DNA from: Halobacteriovoraceae bacterium
GTDB lineage: Bacteria; Bdellovibrionota; Bacteriovoracia; Bacteriovoracales; Bacteriovoracaceae
Assembly: GCA_963719505.1 (NCBI GenBank)
Contig: CAVRCF010000005.1
Coordinates: 1,088,001-1,152,000 of the forward strand
Direction of reading: 5' to 3'
DNA length: 64,000 bases
Under the pieces are notes generated by a model. The model saw only the letters and a list, made by a program, of their open reading frames with translations, did no database searches and was not told the DNA's origin. Positions 49,626 through 59,491 of this stretch are shown here, piece after piece. Positions within the stretch are counted from its first letter, which is position 1; each line of letters starts with the position of its first letter. Made by a program: the position numbers and the translations under genes.

Positions 49626-50097
49626 TGTGACCTCCGCTAACTTCCAATCCCACCATAATTTCTTTTGAATTATAAAGTGCTTGAATAATTTGATATTTTT
49701 CAAGTCCAACGACTTCTGTTATTTCTTTGGGTGTAAACTTTAGTCTTTCTTTTAAAACTGTTACAGCTCGTTGAGAAAGGCTTAAGGAATAAAAGCTTTG
49801 AAACTCGTCTTCTACGGCCAAAAGGTAAGGTTTTATCTCGTAACTTCGTTTGCCCGCAAGTTTATAGATCTCACACAAAACACCGTGAAGTAAAAATCTC
49901 TTTATAATCGACTGAGTCTTTCTCACTTTCGTGAATTCAGTCTCTTTAATAAAATCTATTTCTCTGGCCACAAAAACAGAATAGGAATCAGCAATTAACT
50001 GTCTCGCTTTTTGGGAGTCAGGACAGATTCCATAGGCAAACTTAAAGAGCTTTGGCATTAGTGGAGTAAACAATATTTCTAATTGATCTATCTTCAT
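49612..50097 (-). CDS. ECF sigma-factor-like protein (divergent)
   Basis: Region 2-like LFKFAYGICPDSQKARQLI; region 4-like LSLSQRAVTVLK...PKEITEVVG. Confidence 0.6.
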   Translation of the reverse strand: MKIDQLEILFTPLMPKLFKFAYGICPDSQKARQLIADSYSVFVAREIDFIKETEFTKVRKTQSIIKRFLLHGVLCEIYKLAGKRSYEIKPYLLAVEDEFQSFYSLSLSQRAVTVLKERLKFTPKEITEVVGLEKYQIIQALYNSKEIMVGLEVSGGHSATH

Positions 50098-50193
50098 TCC
50101 TTAATAGTAGAAAATTGTCACTCCTTTAGCAATGCAAAACGGCACGTAAAAACAGGCAGTTACATATAGGTGACAGATTTTATCTAAATTCTT

Positions 50194-50220
50194 TAAAGAA
50201 AATTAAGCCTATGCCGATAG
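50194..50220 (+). promoter_or_regulatory. Sigma28 promoter, near consensus
   Basis: TAAA-N15-GCCGATAG. Confidence 0.75.
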
Positions 50221-50250
50221 GAAACTGTGAAAACTAAAACAAGGTTTATT

Positions 50251-51081
50251 ATGAAGAACTTATTCCTTTTATTTGTTACGACAGCGATGCTGAGTTCATG
50301 TCTACCCGAACCGACCCAATCCTCTTCAGGATCTGGATCATCTACAGGTGAGAACGGAACAGTATCTGGCACAAATGGTAGCAGCGGAACAAATGGCTCA
50401 ACAGGAACAACTGGCACAACTGGAACCACAGGAACGACCGGTACAAATGGATCAACGGGCACTACGGGAACGACAGGAACATCTGGTGGTGGTTTTCCAA
50501 TTAATAGCTTCAATATTTTCTTGGCCGGAACACAAGGTGGAAATGGACAAGGCGGTGGAAACTGGTATGCACGAAATGATAATACCGCTCCACTAATGGA
50601 TACATTTATTAACCTTCAAGAGGCTGCGATTGCTTTTAGAACAGATGGGACCTTAAGAGTAAGACTTAAAGTTAACTCTCAGCCTGTGGCGCCTACCAAT
50701 GAGACATATTGTTATGGCCGTGAAACAGGAACGGCGCTCATTCCATATTATACAAAATTAAAGTTTGATTTAGCACTAAGAGATATTTACTGCTTAAACG
50801 GTGGGACAACTTGTCCTGCAAGTCAGTACAGACTTGGTAATCCATACAGAAGACAACTTGGCGTGGGCCCAGTGTCTGTTGGTAGCTACTCAGAAATCAT
50901 CGATGTTGGAAGTGTCGCCAATCAAAATGTGGTTGCTACAACTGTTGAAATTTCTGCTGTGAAAAGTGATCAGTTCTGTGCATCTAATGGAAGCTTTTGT
51001 CCTTCAGAGAGACCTGTGAGAACAAAAGATTGTTACAATATGGAATTGGAAGTTCAAACAAGTTACACAGAATCTTTCTAG
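50251..51081 (+). CDS. Lipoprotein with (GTT/GTN/GST)n linker and Cys-containing C-terminal domain
   Basis: Lipobox LSSC; G-x-x repeats; six further Cys. Confidence 0.82.
   Translation: MKNLFLLFVTTAMLSSCLPEPTQSSSGSGSSTGENGTVSGTNGSSGTNGSTGTTGTTGTTGTTGTNGSTGTTGTTGTSGGGFPINSFNIFLAGTQGGNGQGGGNWYARNDNTAPLMDTFINLQEAAIAFRTDGTLRVRLKVNSQPVAPTNETYCYGRETGTALIPYYTKLKFDLALRDIYCLNGGTTCPASQYRLGNPYRRQLGVGPVSVGSYSEIIDVGSVANQNVVATTVEISAVKSDQFCASNGSFCPSERPVRTKDCYNMELEVQTSYTESF
50329..50490 (+). repeat. Imperfect 9-bp tandem repeat encoding Gly-Thr-Thr-like units
   Basis: ggaacaact ggcacaact ggaaccaca ggaacgacc; synonymous positions vary. Confidence 0.8.
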
Positions 51082-51527
51082 TCTTTAGGAAGGTCTTTAA
51101 CTGAACTCCACACAGAAGTTCGACCAAAAAGAGATATACCGACATAGCCGCGAAGATTTAACTTTCCGTCTTCAAGTTTCATTTTGGCGGAATAAGTCTT
51201 TCCACTTTTGGGATCATAGATTGTTCCCCCACTCCAAGAACCATCATCATATTCAAAGCCATCAAGAAGTTTAATCCCTAGTAGTTTTCTTTCTTTGAGT
51301 TTATCATCAGGGTTGTCTTTATCTGTGAGCTGATCAACTGTTTTACCTTCGGGTGGCTTTATCCAAACGAGATGGCCAAAGTAGTTATCACTTTCTTTCT
51401 CAATTTTTATAATTCCATCTTTTTCTTCAGATAACCAAAAACCCAAGATCTCACCGGCCCCAGAAGCTTGACTGAAGCTACTGGAAAGAATGAGCGTAAA
51501 TATCAGCCATGTTTTTGTTAAGTGCAT
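51078..51527 (-). CDS. DUF2147 family secreted protein
   Basis: DKDNPD..LKERKLLG, WSGGTIYDPKSGKTY, LRGYVGISLFGRT. Confidence 0.9.
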   Translation of the reverse strand: MHLTKTWLIFTLILSSSFSQASGAGEILGFWLSEEKDGIIKIEKESDNYFGHLVWIKPPEGKTVDQLTDKDNPDDKLKERKLLGIKLLDGFEYDDGSWSGGTIYDPKSGKTYSAKMKLEDGKLNLRGYVGISLFGRTSVWSSVKDLPKD

Positions 51528-52434
51528 ATGAGACCTCCACAAGTAATCCTGGGCACGTGACATTAACTTCAGTCACTGCTCCAGCCAATATATCATAAGC
51601 GATGAAATTGACTCCATCCTTTAACAAGTCCTGGGCAATCTCATCACACTCTTGCTTTAACTTTGAGTTCAGCTCTATCGATTCAAAGTGAGCACCTTGA
51701 GCGATATTTGCTAAGTAGGCACCATCCACAGGCTTTTTCAGGATACTCCCTATCTCGTGTCCATTAAGATAGAGGCTTCTTATTTCCCCTGCATAGACTT
51801 CTCTTTGAAAGGCTTGAGTGATGATAGCTCCCTCGAATTTCTCAACCTTTGATTTATAAATATCAATAAGGTTTTCAGCATCAATACCAACTTTTTCGAC
51901 TCCAATACCTGAATACAGATCTAGAGGTTTCAAGATAAGCTCTTCAATACCTTCTGATTTTAATTCGGCCACAAAGTTTTTAAAGCCACTTATAGAGCTT
52001 CCAATAAAGCTTTTTAAACTATTTTTTCTCTTGAAAGCCAGAAGCTTTTCATTGTGCTTCATAATGCCAATGGGGTTATTAACAACCGTACAGCCACTAT
52101 TGTGGGATAAAAAGTCGAGCATCCATAAATAGCGCTGGTATCTTGAGTCATAAGGAGGATCGATACGCATGTGGACAATATCAGTTCTATTTAGTGTGAT
52201 GACTTGCTTTTGCCCAAGCTCAACTTTTTCTAAATAGAAACCATCGTCTTTAAATTGTCCCGTGTAATTAAAGACCGTCATCTTAGTCTCGCCTTTTGTA
52301 TTAACACAGAAGTCTTCTTCAAAAAGAAGATAGGCTTCGTCTCCTTGTTTCATAAAACTTAGACCAATCATTAAAGAGGAATCTTTTTTAAAATTTAATT
52401 TTTCGATAGGATCAATAAATAAAATATGTCTCAC
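51478..52434 (-). CDS. gshB: Glutathione synthetase (ATP-grasp)
   Basis: IDPIEKLNFKKDSS, MRIDPPYD, VVNNP, NEKL, LKPLD, ANIAQG, TEVNVTCP. Confidence 0.85.
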   Translation of the reverse strand: MRHILFIDPIEKLNFKKDSSLMIGLSFMKQGDEAYLLFEEDFCVNTKGETKMTVFNYTGQFKDDGFYLEKVELGQKQVITLNRTDIVHMRIDPPYDSRYQRYLWMLDFLSHNSGCTVVNNPIGIMKHNEKLLAFKRKNSLKSFIGSSISGFKNFVAELKSEGIEELILKPLDLYSGIGVEKVGIDAENLIDIYKSKVEKFEGAIITQAFQREVYAGEIRSLYLNGHEIGSILKKPVDGAYLANIAQGAHFESIELNSKLKQECDEIAQDLLKDGVNFIAYDILAGAVTEVNVTCPGLLVEVSYALNKNMADIYAHSFQ

Positions 52435-53486
52435 TGTTTGTACCTTTTCATTAAGTAAGATTTAAACGACTTATCAATATCAGATTCGTTGTATTGTGCA
52501 TATTCTTTTTGAAGTAAGTTGAGAAATTCTTTGCCTGAAAGACTGAGATTTGACTTCATCTGTTTTAGAAAATTTTGTTGTTTTTGGTAAGTACTAAAGG
52601 CTGCAAATCGGGCGTTGTTCCAAGGAGCCATCAAAGGCCAACACTTCTTTATGCCCTGAGCATCGCAAATACTTTTTAGAGTTGGTTTAAACTTTTTGTC
52701 CATAAAGTCTTCCAAAACTTTGGCATAGTTATTGTCACGCTTATAGTGGAGATTGAGTTGCTTTGAAAGGTTAGATATGGCTTCTCTAATTTTTTCATCC
52801 TTTACTTGTTTTAAGATAAGTAAGTCAACATCCTCTTTCTTTCTCTTAAAATACGAAATCACCAAGTCTTCACTTATCACCTCAGCAAGACTTTCATTTA
52901 GAGAAATCTCTCCTTTAATAAAAAAGATTGTGTGGGTCAATTCATGAAAAATGAGTTGGGCCAATTGTTCGTCATTATAGTAAAAAAATGAGCTTAAAAT
53001 ATTGTCGTAAAACGGAGTTCGATCTAATGTACTGTAGGCGTAGACAGGTCGTATATAGGTTGAAAGATTGCGTTTTTCAAGTTCTCCAATATAGTCCCGG
53101 GCCTCATTTTTGTCGAAGAAACCTCGGTAGGGAAACTCTCCTATGAAAGGGAAAGAATGCTTGAGAGGTTTTATTTTATCTTTAGGTGATGCGATAACAA
53201 GGTATGTAACCGCTGTTCCTTCTAGAAAAGTCGTTTCTTCGTAAATAGGTTTCTCTTCCTTTTCAAAATATTCGTAGAAAAACTTTTTATACTTTTTAAT
53301 GAGTTTGATTTTTCTTTTGTGTTCTTGATCAATATTTTTATCTTTTAAGACTTCCTCATTGGACTTCCCATCCCACTCTAAAGCCACATGTCCAAGACCT
53401 TGTTTGGTCATATAAGAGAGCTCTGCACAGCTGATACAAAGACAAAAAATAAAAAGAGTCGGAATGTTCTTTACTAAAAGATCCAA
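52431..53486 (-). CDS. Putative zinc aminopeptidase lipoprotein
   Basis: FPFIGEFPYRGFF, AYSTL, LIFHELTH..NESLA. Confidence 0.85.
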   Translation of the reverse strand: MDLLVKNIPTLFIFCLCISCAELSYMTKQGLGHVALEWDGKSNEEVLKDKNIDQEHKRKIKLIKKYKKFFYEYFEKEEKPIYEETTFLEGTAVTYLVIASPKDKIKPLKHSFPFIGEFPYRGFFDKNEARDYIGELEKRNLSTYIRPVYAYSTLDRTPFYDNILSSFFYYNDEQLAQLIFHELTHTIFFIKGEISLNESLAEVISEDLVISYFKRKKEDVDLLILKQVKDEKIREAISNLSKQLNLHYKRDNNYAKVLEDFMDKKFKPTLKSICDAQGIKKCWPLMAPWNNARFAAFSTYQKQQNFLKQMKSNLSLSGKEFLNLLQKEYAQYNESDIDKSFKSYLMKRYKQ

Positions 53487-54106
53487 GAAAGACCACCGGA
53501 ATAAGTGATGTTTTGATCAGCCTTTTCAATCTCAACACCGGGAACAATAGTTCTGGCCGAAAGCGAGAGTCTCATTAATTTCGTTATTCTGATCGCGAGA
53601 GATGCTGTCGCGTAGCTTGAGTTGACGGTCTCTTCATCTCTTTCGATGGTTGCCTCAAAGTCCCCTCCACTATCGCTTAAAAGGTAAGTGGTTTCACCAG
53701 AGGTGATATATCGAGCATATCCAATTGATAGAGAAGGAATAAAAGTTGATTTTCTAGAAGCAAAAGCCTGCCTTATCCCAACTCCTTGAGTAACTGTTTT
53801 AATTTTGGAATCTGTATTTTTAATAGTAATGGCACCACTATTTGCTGTTGTTGATCGTGAATCTTCAATTCTTTCTTCAGACTCAGCGTAATTGAGCTCG
53901 ATGGCCGTCGTCTCCCATATGTACCAAGCCCAGTTCACATTAAAGCCTCGTGTTGTAGACTGAGCCTCTCCTAAATCTGGGTCAATCTCACCTTCTGAAT
54001 CTGTCGCCTCTACTCTTCGAGTTGAATAAGAGAATCCTAGTTGAAGATCGACATAAGCATGCGCGCAATTAACGAGACACAATATTCCTAGGATGATTTT
54101 CAGCAT
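53474..54106 (-). CDS. Small outer-membrane beta-barrel protein
   Basis: Signal peptide AHA; amphipathic strands; C-terminal YSGGLSWIF. Confidence 0.72.
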   Translation of the reverse strand: MLKIILGILCLVNCAHAYVDLQLGFSYSTRRVEATDSEGEIDPDLGEAQSTTRGFNVNWAWYIWETTAIELNYAESEERIEDSRSTTANSGAITIKNTDSKIKTVTQGVGIRQAFASRKSTFIPSLSIGYARYITSGETTYLLSDSGGDFEATIERDEETVNSSYATASLAIRITKLMRLSLSARTIVPGVEIEKADQNITYSGGLSWIF

Positions 54107-54473
54107 ACGACTTCCTTGTCAAAATAAATAAACTAACACTAAGACCAACTACTGCTAAAACAGCCTTGAGAGTCAAAACGATATTGGCCCAAATAAGCGT
54201 CGATCCAATGGACAACCAAATAAGACTTATGGCCAAAATTTTTGCTCTGGGTCTTATGACCTTGTGGTTTTCCCATTCTATTATAGCAGATCCAAAGTAA
54301 GGTAAGGAAGTGAGCCAAGAATGCAGCCTTTTAGAGCTTTTACTGAAGCAAAATGCTGCGAGAATCATAAAGGGCGTTGTCGGAAGAATGGGCAAGAATG
54401 CCCCTATTACACCCAACGCAAAGGAAAGGAGTCCAATAGCTGACAAAAGGTATCTAGTAGTTGATTTGATCAT
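54069..54473 (-). CDS. YbaN/DUF454 inner-membrane protein
   Basis: GAFLPILPTTPFMILAAFCFSKSS.RLHSWL. Confidence 0.9.
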   Translation of the reverse strand: MIKSTTRYLLSAIGLLSFALGVIGAFLPILPTTPFMILAAFCFSKSSKRLHSWLTSLPYFGSAIIEWENHKVIRPRAKILAISLIWLSIGSTLIWANIVLTLKAVLAVVGLSVSLFILTRKSYAENHPRNIVSR

Positions 54474-54634
54474 GAACTTTAAGTTCCCTGCTAATAAATA
54501 AAATTGAGTAGAAACCCAAGTTTCTCTTATTTTTCACATTTTTCTTATTTGAGCAACTCAAAGCGAACCGCTTTCTCTTAGATTTATCTTGATCTAGCAA
54601 GTCGGGGTAAGAAAAACACTATGTCAGGCTTGGA

Positions 54635-56044
54635 CTAAGGGTTTTTCCCATAGTCCGCAACAATTTCACCCTGACAAGAAAGAGCTGTAGCACTAGTGAC
54701 TTTTAAATCCACCCAGTGCCATTTATAATCTTGCCCCTGTGATTCAGGCTTAAAGTGAATAATTCGAAAACAATTGGAACGCCCTTTCCATTTGAGCTCC
54801 CCTTTCATTGTTCCAGAACCTTCAACGAGAACTCGATAGGTCTTTCCAACCATTTGAGCTCTCACTTGTGCTTGGAGCTCCAACTGTTTGGACTGTATCT
54901 CTCTTAACCTTCTTCCTCTAATGTCTTTTGTTAGGACATCATCCATTTTGGCAGACTTTGTTCCAGGTCTTGAAGAATAATTATAAGAGTAGATAAAATC
55001 GTATTTCGCTTTCTCTAAAAGCTCAAGCGTCGCTCGATGCTCATCTTCGGTCTCGTTGGGAAAGCCTGCGATGATATCGGTTGAGATAACAATATCGGGA
55101 TTTGCTTGTCTAATCTTATCAAGCCTCTCTAGGTAATGCTCGATCGAGTATTCACGAAGCATTCTTTGCAAAACAGTATTAGAGCCGGACTGAACGGGAA
55201 GATGAAGGTGATTGGCCAGCTTCTTACTTTTGCCGTGAACAGCGATAAGTTCATCAGAGATATCATAGGGATGAGAAGTTGTGTATCGGATGATTTTTAG
55301 CTCTTCAATTTTCTCAAGCTCCATAATAAGTTCGGCCAAGGACTCTCCATTTTTCTTTCCAAAGGAATTCACATTTTGGCCTAAAAGTGTCACTTCTTGA
55401 ATTCCCTGATGCACGCACAACCTTGCCACATCGTTGACGATCTCAGAGATGGTCCTAGACTTCTCCCTTCCTCTTGTGAAGGGAACGATACAGTAGGAGC
55501 AAAATTTATCGCAACCTTTGATGATATTAACGAACGCCTGAGGAGTGCCGTGATCTATTTTTGTCTCTATTGAATAGTCAGCTGATTTATCCCAGCTTGT
55601 AACGGAGAACTTTTTGTCCCCAGCATAAGCTCTGTAAACCATCTCTCCGATATTATCAATAACGTCTGTACCAAAAGCGAAGTCCAGTTGTTTGTATTTT
55701 TTCAGAAGTTCTTTAGATTCTGTTTGAGCAATACAACCTGCTGCTGCAATTTTTACTTCTCTTTGCTCTTTATCATGTTTAGCCCCACCAAGATGAGAAT
55801 AAAATTTTTGATTGGCCAAATCCCTAATAGCACAAGTATTAAAGACCATAAAATCTGCATCCTCTTGCTTTTCAGTGAGAGAAAAGTTTAAGGGTTTAAG
55901 ATGGGCCACCATCCTTTCAGTGTCATGGTAATTCATCTGGCAGCCGTAGGTTTTCACCCACATTTTACGAGGAGGAAATTCGATATCTCCGACAAGCTTG
56001 CTTCCGTTATCAAGATCTTTGATATCATTTAAATCGACATTCAT
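54635..56044 (-). CDS. miaB: tRNA-i6A37 methylthiotransferase
   Basis: TYGCQMNYHD, NTCAIR, GCDKFCSYCIVP (radical SAM), LLGQNVN, YSSRPGT, TRAM domain. Confidence 0.95.
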   Translation of the reverse strand: MNVDLNDIKDLDNGSKLVGDIEFPPRKMWVKTYGCQMNYHDTERMVAHLKPLNFSLTEKQEDADFMVFNTCAIRDLANQKFYSHLGGAKHDKEQREVKIAAAGCIAQTESKELLKKYKQLDFAFGTDVIDNIGEMVYRAYAGDKKFSVTSWDKSADYSIETKIDHGTPQAFVNIIKGCDKFCSYCIVPFTRGREKSRTISEIVNDVARLCVHQGIQEVTLLGQNVNSFGKKNGESLAELIMELEKIEELKIIRYTTSHPYDISDELIAVHGKSKKLANHLHLPVQSGSNTVLQRMLREYSIEHYLERLDKIRQANPDIVISTDIIAGFPNETEDEHRATLELLEKAKYDFIYSYNYSSRPGTKSAKMDDVLTKDIRGRRLREIQSKQLELQAQVRAQMVGKTYRVLVEGSGTMKGELKWKGRSNCFRIIHFKPESQGQDYKWHWVDLKVTSATALSCQGEIVADYGKNP

Positions 56045-56351
56045 AAGTTCACCCTATTTATTGGTTCTTACGGTTAGTAGGAAATGGTTAAAGAATGATT
56101 CTTAGCAAAATAATCTTACTTCTACAAGAGTCCATTTGTGGAGAAAGCTTCCTATCTTATTGAATTTGAACAATGATTAACCAAACAGCCCTGCGCTCCC
56201 CCAGGGTTAATACCTGACCAATCGTCCCTTTCCCCCATCTTAATGCGTCTTACAAAAGATTGAGAGGAAACCTTTTTTCACTTATTTGCTGCTTATTGAT
56301 TTACAAATTTCTCTTTTTATTTAAAATAGACTCAAACGGGAAGGAGAAGTT

Positions 56352-56789
56352 ATGTCACTAAAAGATGCTCTATTAAAAGCTGGTTTGAAATCATCAAAAG
56401 TTACCAATGAACGACAAGCTAAATATAAAACTGACAAAACTAAAGTTGAAAAACATCAAGAAAAAAGAGACTTCTGTGAAGTTTGTGAAGCTGTTCAACC
56501 CGATGTTGAAAGATTTAAACATAAGAATCCAAGGGTAGACGCTCAGTGGATCTGTGTTAACTGTGCCGATAAAAATGAAATACACGATAAATTTAGAGTG
56601 ACTCATCAAAGTGACTTTGCCAAACAAGGTCGCTATCAAAGATTCTATGGACCGACAGAAAAAATCGGTGGAAACGAATGGCGGGCAAAGCCTGAAAAAC
56701 CAAAGTATCAAAAAGAAACTAGTAAAGAAGAAAATAAATCAAGAAAGTATGTTGTCGATGAAGATGGTGAGAAAAACTTTAACTGCTAA
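56352..56789 (+). CDS. Basic hypothetical protein with CxxC...CxxC
   Basis: AAGGAG RBS; MSLKDALLKAG; CEVC and CVNC. Confidence 0.78.
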   Translation: MSLKDALLKAGLKSSKVTNERQAKYKTDKTKVEKHQEKRDFCEVCEAVQPDVERFKHKNPRVDAQWICVNCADKNEIHDKFRVTHQSDFAKQGRYQRFYGPTEKIGGNEWRAKPEKPKYQKETSKEENKSRKYVVDEDGEKNFNC

Positions 56790-57309
56790 AAATTATTTTA
56801 TATCTTCTTGAGACGACCCCAGTATCGGGTTGGGTAACTCTATCGATGAGGACACCGTTATTTTTTTCTATTGTCCTTATCGATCCTTGATTTGTATCAT
56901 CGCAAGTAAGAAGCACTTCTTTTAGACCGAGATCACTTCTAGCAATTTCCAAAGACTTTTTTAAAATCTCTGAAGCCACCCCCTTATTTCTATGCTCAGG
57001 TATGACCCCATAACCGATATGCCCACCGAAGGTTTCAAGCTGGGGGGTTAGAAAGTGACGAATCGATACTCTTCCCAGTATTTCTTTCGTTTCACTAAAA
57101 GCGAATAGAAAAGTACAAGGGACATGTCCTTGGTCTATCCCAACTCCTCTAGCAAGCGGAGGAAGAAAATCAATAAGTTTTTCACAGTCGCGTCCAAGAA
57201 GGGAATCAAAATAGTGCACAAATCCCCACTCCAAAGACCAAGGATGGAGGCAAGCTTTCTTTAGCTCCTCTAAATCAGATAAACTTGGATAGCGAAGCTG
57301 TATGTTCAT
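56779..57309 (-). CDS. GNAT family acetyltransferase
   Basis: GRVSIRH, GGHIGYGVIPEHRNKG, LTCDDTNQGSIRTIEKNNG. Confidence 0.92.
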   Translation of the reverse strand: MNIQLRYPSLSDLEELKKACLHPWSLEWGFVHYFDSLLGRDCEKLIDFLPPLARGVGIDQGHVPCTFLFAFSETKEILGRVSIRHFLTPQLETFGGHIGYGVIPEHRNKGVASEILKKSLEIARSDLGLKEVLLTCDDTNQGSIRTIEKNNGVLIDRVTQPDTGVVSRRYKIIFSS

Positions 57310-57914
57310 AGGTTATAGTGAACAACACTGTAATAGAAAATAAGATTAAAAATGAAGTGAAGTAAAATGGGTTCTAAAATGGAGCCCGACTTAAACTTGG
57401 CTTTAGAACAAATCCATCCCAAGATAAAAGTATAACCGATTTGAAAATAGATAAAGGAATGAAAGTCCTCCGGAAGAACACTCAAAGCTTTTCCATGAGA
57501 GAGACTAAAGAGTAATCCATTAAAAATAAAGAGAATGTTTTTATTTGGAATAATAAGCTTAAACGGCTCAAAAAGAGCAAAGCGGAAAACGAGTTCCTCA
57601 ACAATCGGAGCCAAAATTAAAATTTGGATAAAAAGATTGTCCACATACCGAAAAGGAGAAAGGAGATTTAACTGCAAGCTTGTAAAAATTGCGATGAAGG
57701 CCACGGCACTAATGGCCAAAACCCTTGGCAACATCCCTTTTGTAAGTCTCAAACTCATTTTGGGTTTATGAATCAAATAGACCCCAAAAGCAAAGAGAAG
57801 ATCAAAGACGTAAGTAACTGAGATTGACGATTCCCACTGAATCGAGTCCCAAGGTAAAAACCAAGAGAGAGAAAAATAGACTATGGGATAAAGAAAAACG
57901 AGATAGTACTTCAT
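57306..57914 (-). CDS. CPBP (CAAX/Abi-like) intramembrane metalloprotease
   Basis: APIVEELVFR, FSLSH, PILLHFIFN. Confidence 0.88.
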   Translation of the reverse strand: MKYYLVFLYPIVYFSLSWFLPWDSIQWESSISVTYVFDLLFAFGVYLIHKPKMSLRLTKGMLPRVLAISAVAFIAIFTSLQLNLLSPFRYVDNLFIQILILAPIVEELVFRFALFEPFKLIIPNKNILFIFNGLLFSLSHGKALSVLPEDFHSFIYFQIGYTFILGWICSKAKFKSGSILEPILLHFIFNLIFYYSVVHYNL

Positions 57915-58468
57915 CTAATCCCTTTTCTTTTCATCATGAAAAGTTGAACGATGAAAAAGAGAATCGTCACTAAATAAAAACCAGCGGTTTTAAAAAAGAG
58001 CCATTTTTCTGTCGAAAGAAAAAGACTTATGGGGATCATGAACAAACCATAAGAGATTAAAAAAATAGACATATTTTTTTCCAAATAGCGGACAAGACTA
58101 TCAGGTAGATTTTTTGAATTCATCTCCTGCATCATTTCAATCATAAGACTGTCTCCTCTGAGATGTCGATATAATAAATACCCTCCCATCAAGACTCCAG
58201 TAAAGGTGGGTTGAAGCTTAAACCAAATTCCCTCATTTGCGAAAAATGAAATACCACCAAGGATAATAATCAGATAAAAGTTAAGCTTGGAGATTGTGTG
58301 AATATGTCTTGTAAAAATCCACTCTGCACTCATCTCAACGACAGCAAGAATCCCACCACCGATAAGAGCCGTTTTTAAATCATAATTCGCTTCAAGATAC
58401 CAGTAAGCGATCGCTGGTAAAAAGGAGAACCATAGAAATTTATTACTTGTTGGTTTTGATGTCGTCAT
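57911..58468 (-). CDS. YciB/IspZ family membrane protein
   Basis: LGGISF, WFKLQPT, WLFFKT; multiple TMs. Confidence 0.8.
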   Translation of the reverse strand: MTTSKPTSNKFLWFSFLPAIAYWYLEANYDLKTALIGGGILAVVEMSAEWIFTRHIHTISKLNFYLIIILGGISFFANEGIWFKLQPTFTGVLMGGYLLYRHLRGDSLMIEMMQEMNSKNLPDSLVRYLEKNMSIFLISYGLFMIPISLFLSTEKWLFFKTAGFYLVTILFFIVQLFMMKRKGIR

Positions 58469-58474
58469 TGCCCA

Positions 58475-59452
58475 CTAGGCTAACTTTTTTAACTTGTCTT
58501 CGCAATATTTGAGGTAGTCTTTTTTAAATGATGTTGGGTCAAGAATTTCAACATCTGCTCCCAGCTCAAATAGCCAGTGGAATATCTCAATATTAGACTC
58601 AACGCTCGCCCCCCAGATAAGATCCCCCTCTGGGTTTGATATCATTGCTGGGTTGCCTAAAAAGTTTCGCGGTATCGTATTCTCAAAACTTGCTAAGGCG
58701 TGTATTTTTAAAACAAGCCTCGTCTCACTCTCAGAGATACTTCGAATACTGCTGATGAAATCATCTACTTCTAATTTACTATGAGTCGGTTGCCAAGCTT
58801 CATCTAAATCACAAAGGTTTTGTATATATTCGACTGGTATATTTTGAAGTGATTGATCACTGAGATCCTCACCAATAACGCAAAGATCCCCCTCAAGATA
58901 GATAAGTCTGTGAGGAAATAAACTGACCACACTCTTTTGTGTCTTAATATCTAAAAGGTCTTTGGACAATATTGACTCTTCTATAAAACTGATGATCTCA
59001 TTTGTGTGAATTCGCGACTCGGACGCTAACCCCATAGTCCGTTTCTCAAGCACGGCATCCATCTTCTGAACAGGTTGAAACAGATCTCGATCTGAAAACT
59101 GATCTTCATAACTGGCAAGAAGCGTTTTAAAGTTTTCATGAAATGGTTCGCCCTGTGCTTTTTCGAGATGGGGAAAATGTGCTTGAAATTCTAACCAGCC
59201 ATAGAGATCCAAAGAGATATCAAACTTAGGCTTTACAGCTGGTGGTGTTAAAAGCTTATTTCCATCACCATCTGAAGAGACCTCAAAGGTATAATTGAGA
59301 TCATTGAGAAGGGTCAAATAAGTCGTTAGAGTTCGAGGTGGAATCTCTAGCGCCTGTGCTACCTTTATGGCTTCTTGAGGGTGATCAAGCTCAATAAGCT
59401 TTTTTAAACAATTCCAAAATTCTTTACTGTGTACAATTGAGCTTTTACTCAT
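58475..59452 (-). CDS. HTH-WYL-WCX transcriptional regulator (PafC-like architecture)
   Basis: N-terminal HTH (VAQALEIPPRTL), WYL-like PHRLIYLEGDLCVIG, WCX-like WLFELGADVEILDP. Confidence 0.75.
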   Translation of the reverse strand: MSKSSIVHSKEFWNCLKKLIELDHPQEAIKVAQALEIPPRTLTTYLTLLNDLNYTFEVSSDGDGNKLLTPPAVKPKFDISLDLYGWLEFQAHFPHLEKAQGEPFHENFKTLLASYEDQFSDRDLFQPVQKMDAVLEKRTMGLASESRIHTNEIISFIEESILSKDLLDIKTQKSVVSLFPHRLIYLEGDLCVIGEDLSDQSLQNIPVEYIQNLCDLDEAWQPTHSKLEVDDFISSIRSISESETRLVLKIHALASFENTIPRNFLGNPAMISNPEGDLIWGASVESNIEIFHWLFELGADVEILDPTSFKKDYLKYCEDKLKKLA

Positions 59453-59491
59453 GAACCCTCTTTTCTTATCATTTGTAGTACCTGACTATAC

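Noticed and set aside
50193-50513. Minus-strand ORF with PVV repeats
   Set aside because: Antisense shadow of the GTT repeats in the lipoprotein.
57306-59452. Antiphage defence island (Abi-like CPBP plus WYL)
   Set aside because: CPBP proteases are mostly not defence genes, and no nuclease, effector or mobility gene is nearby.
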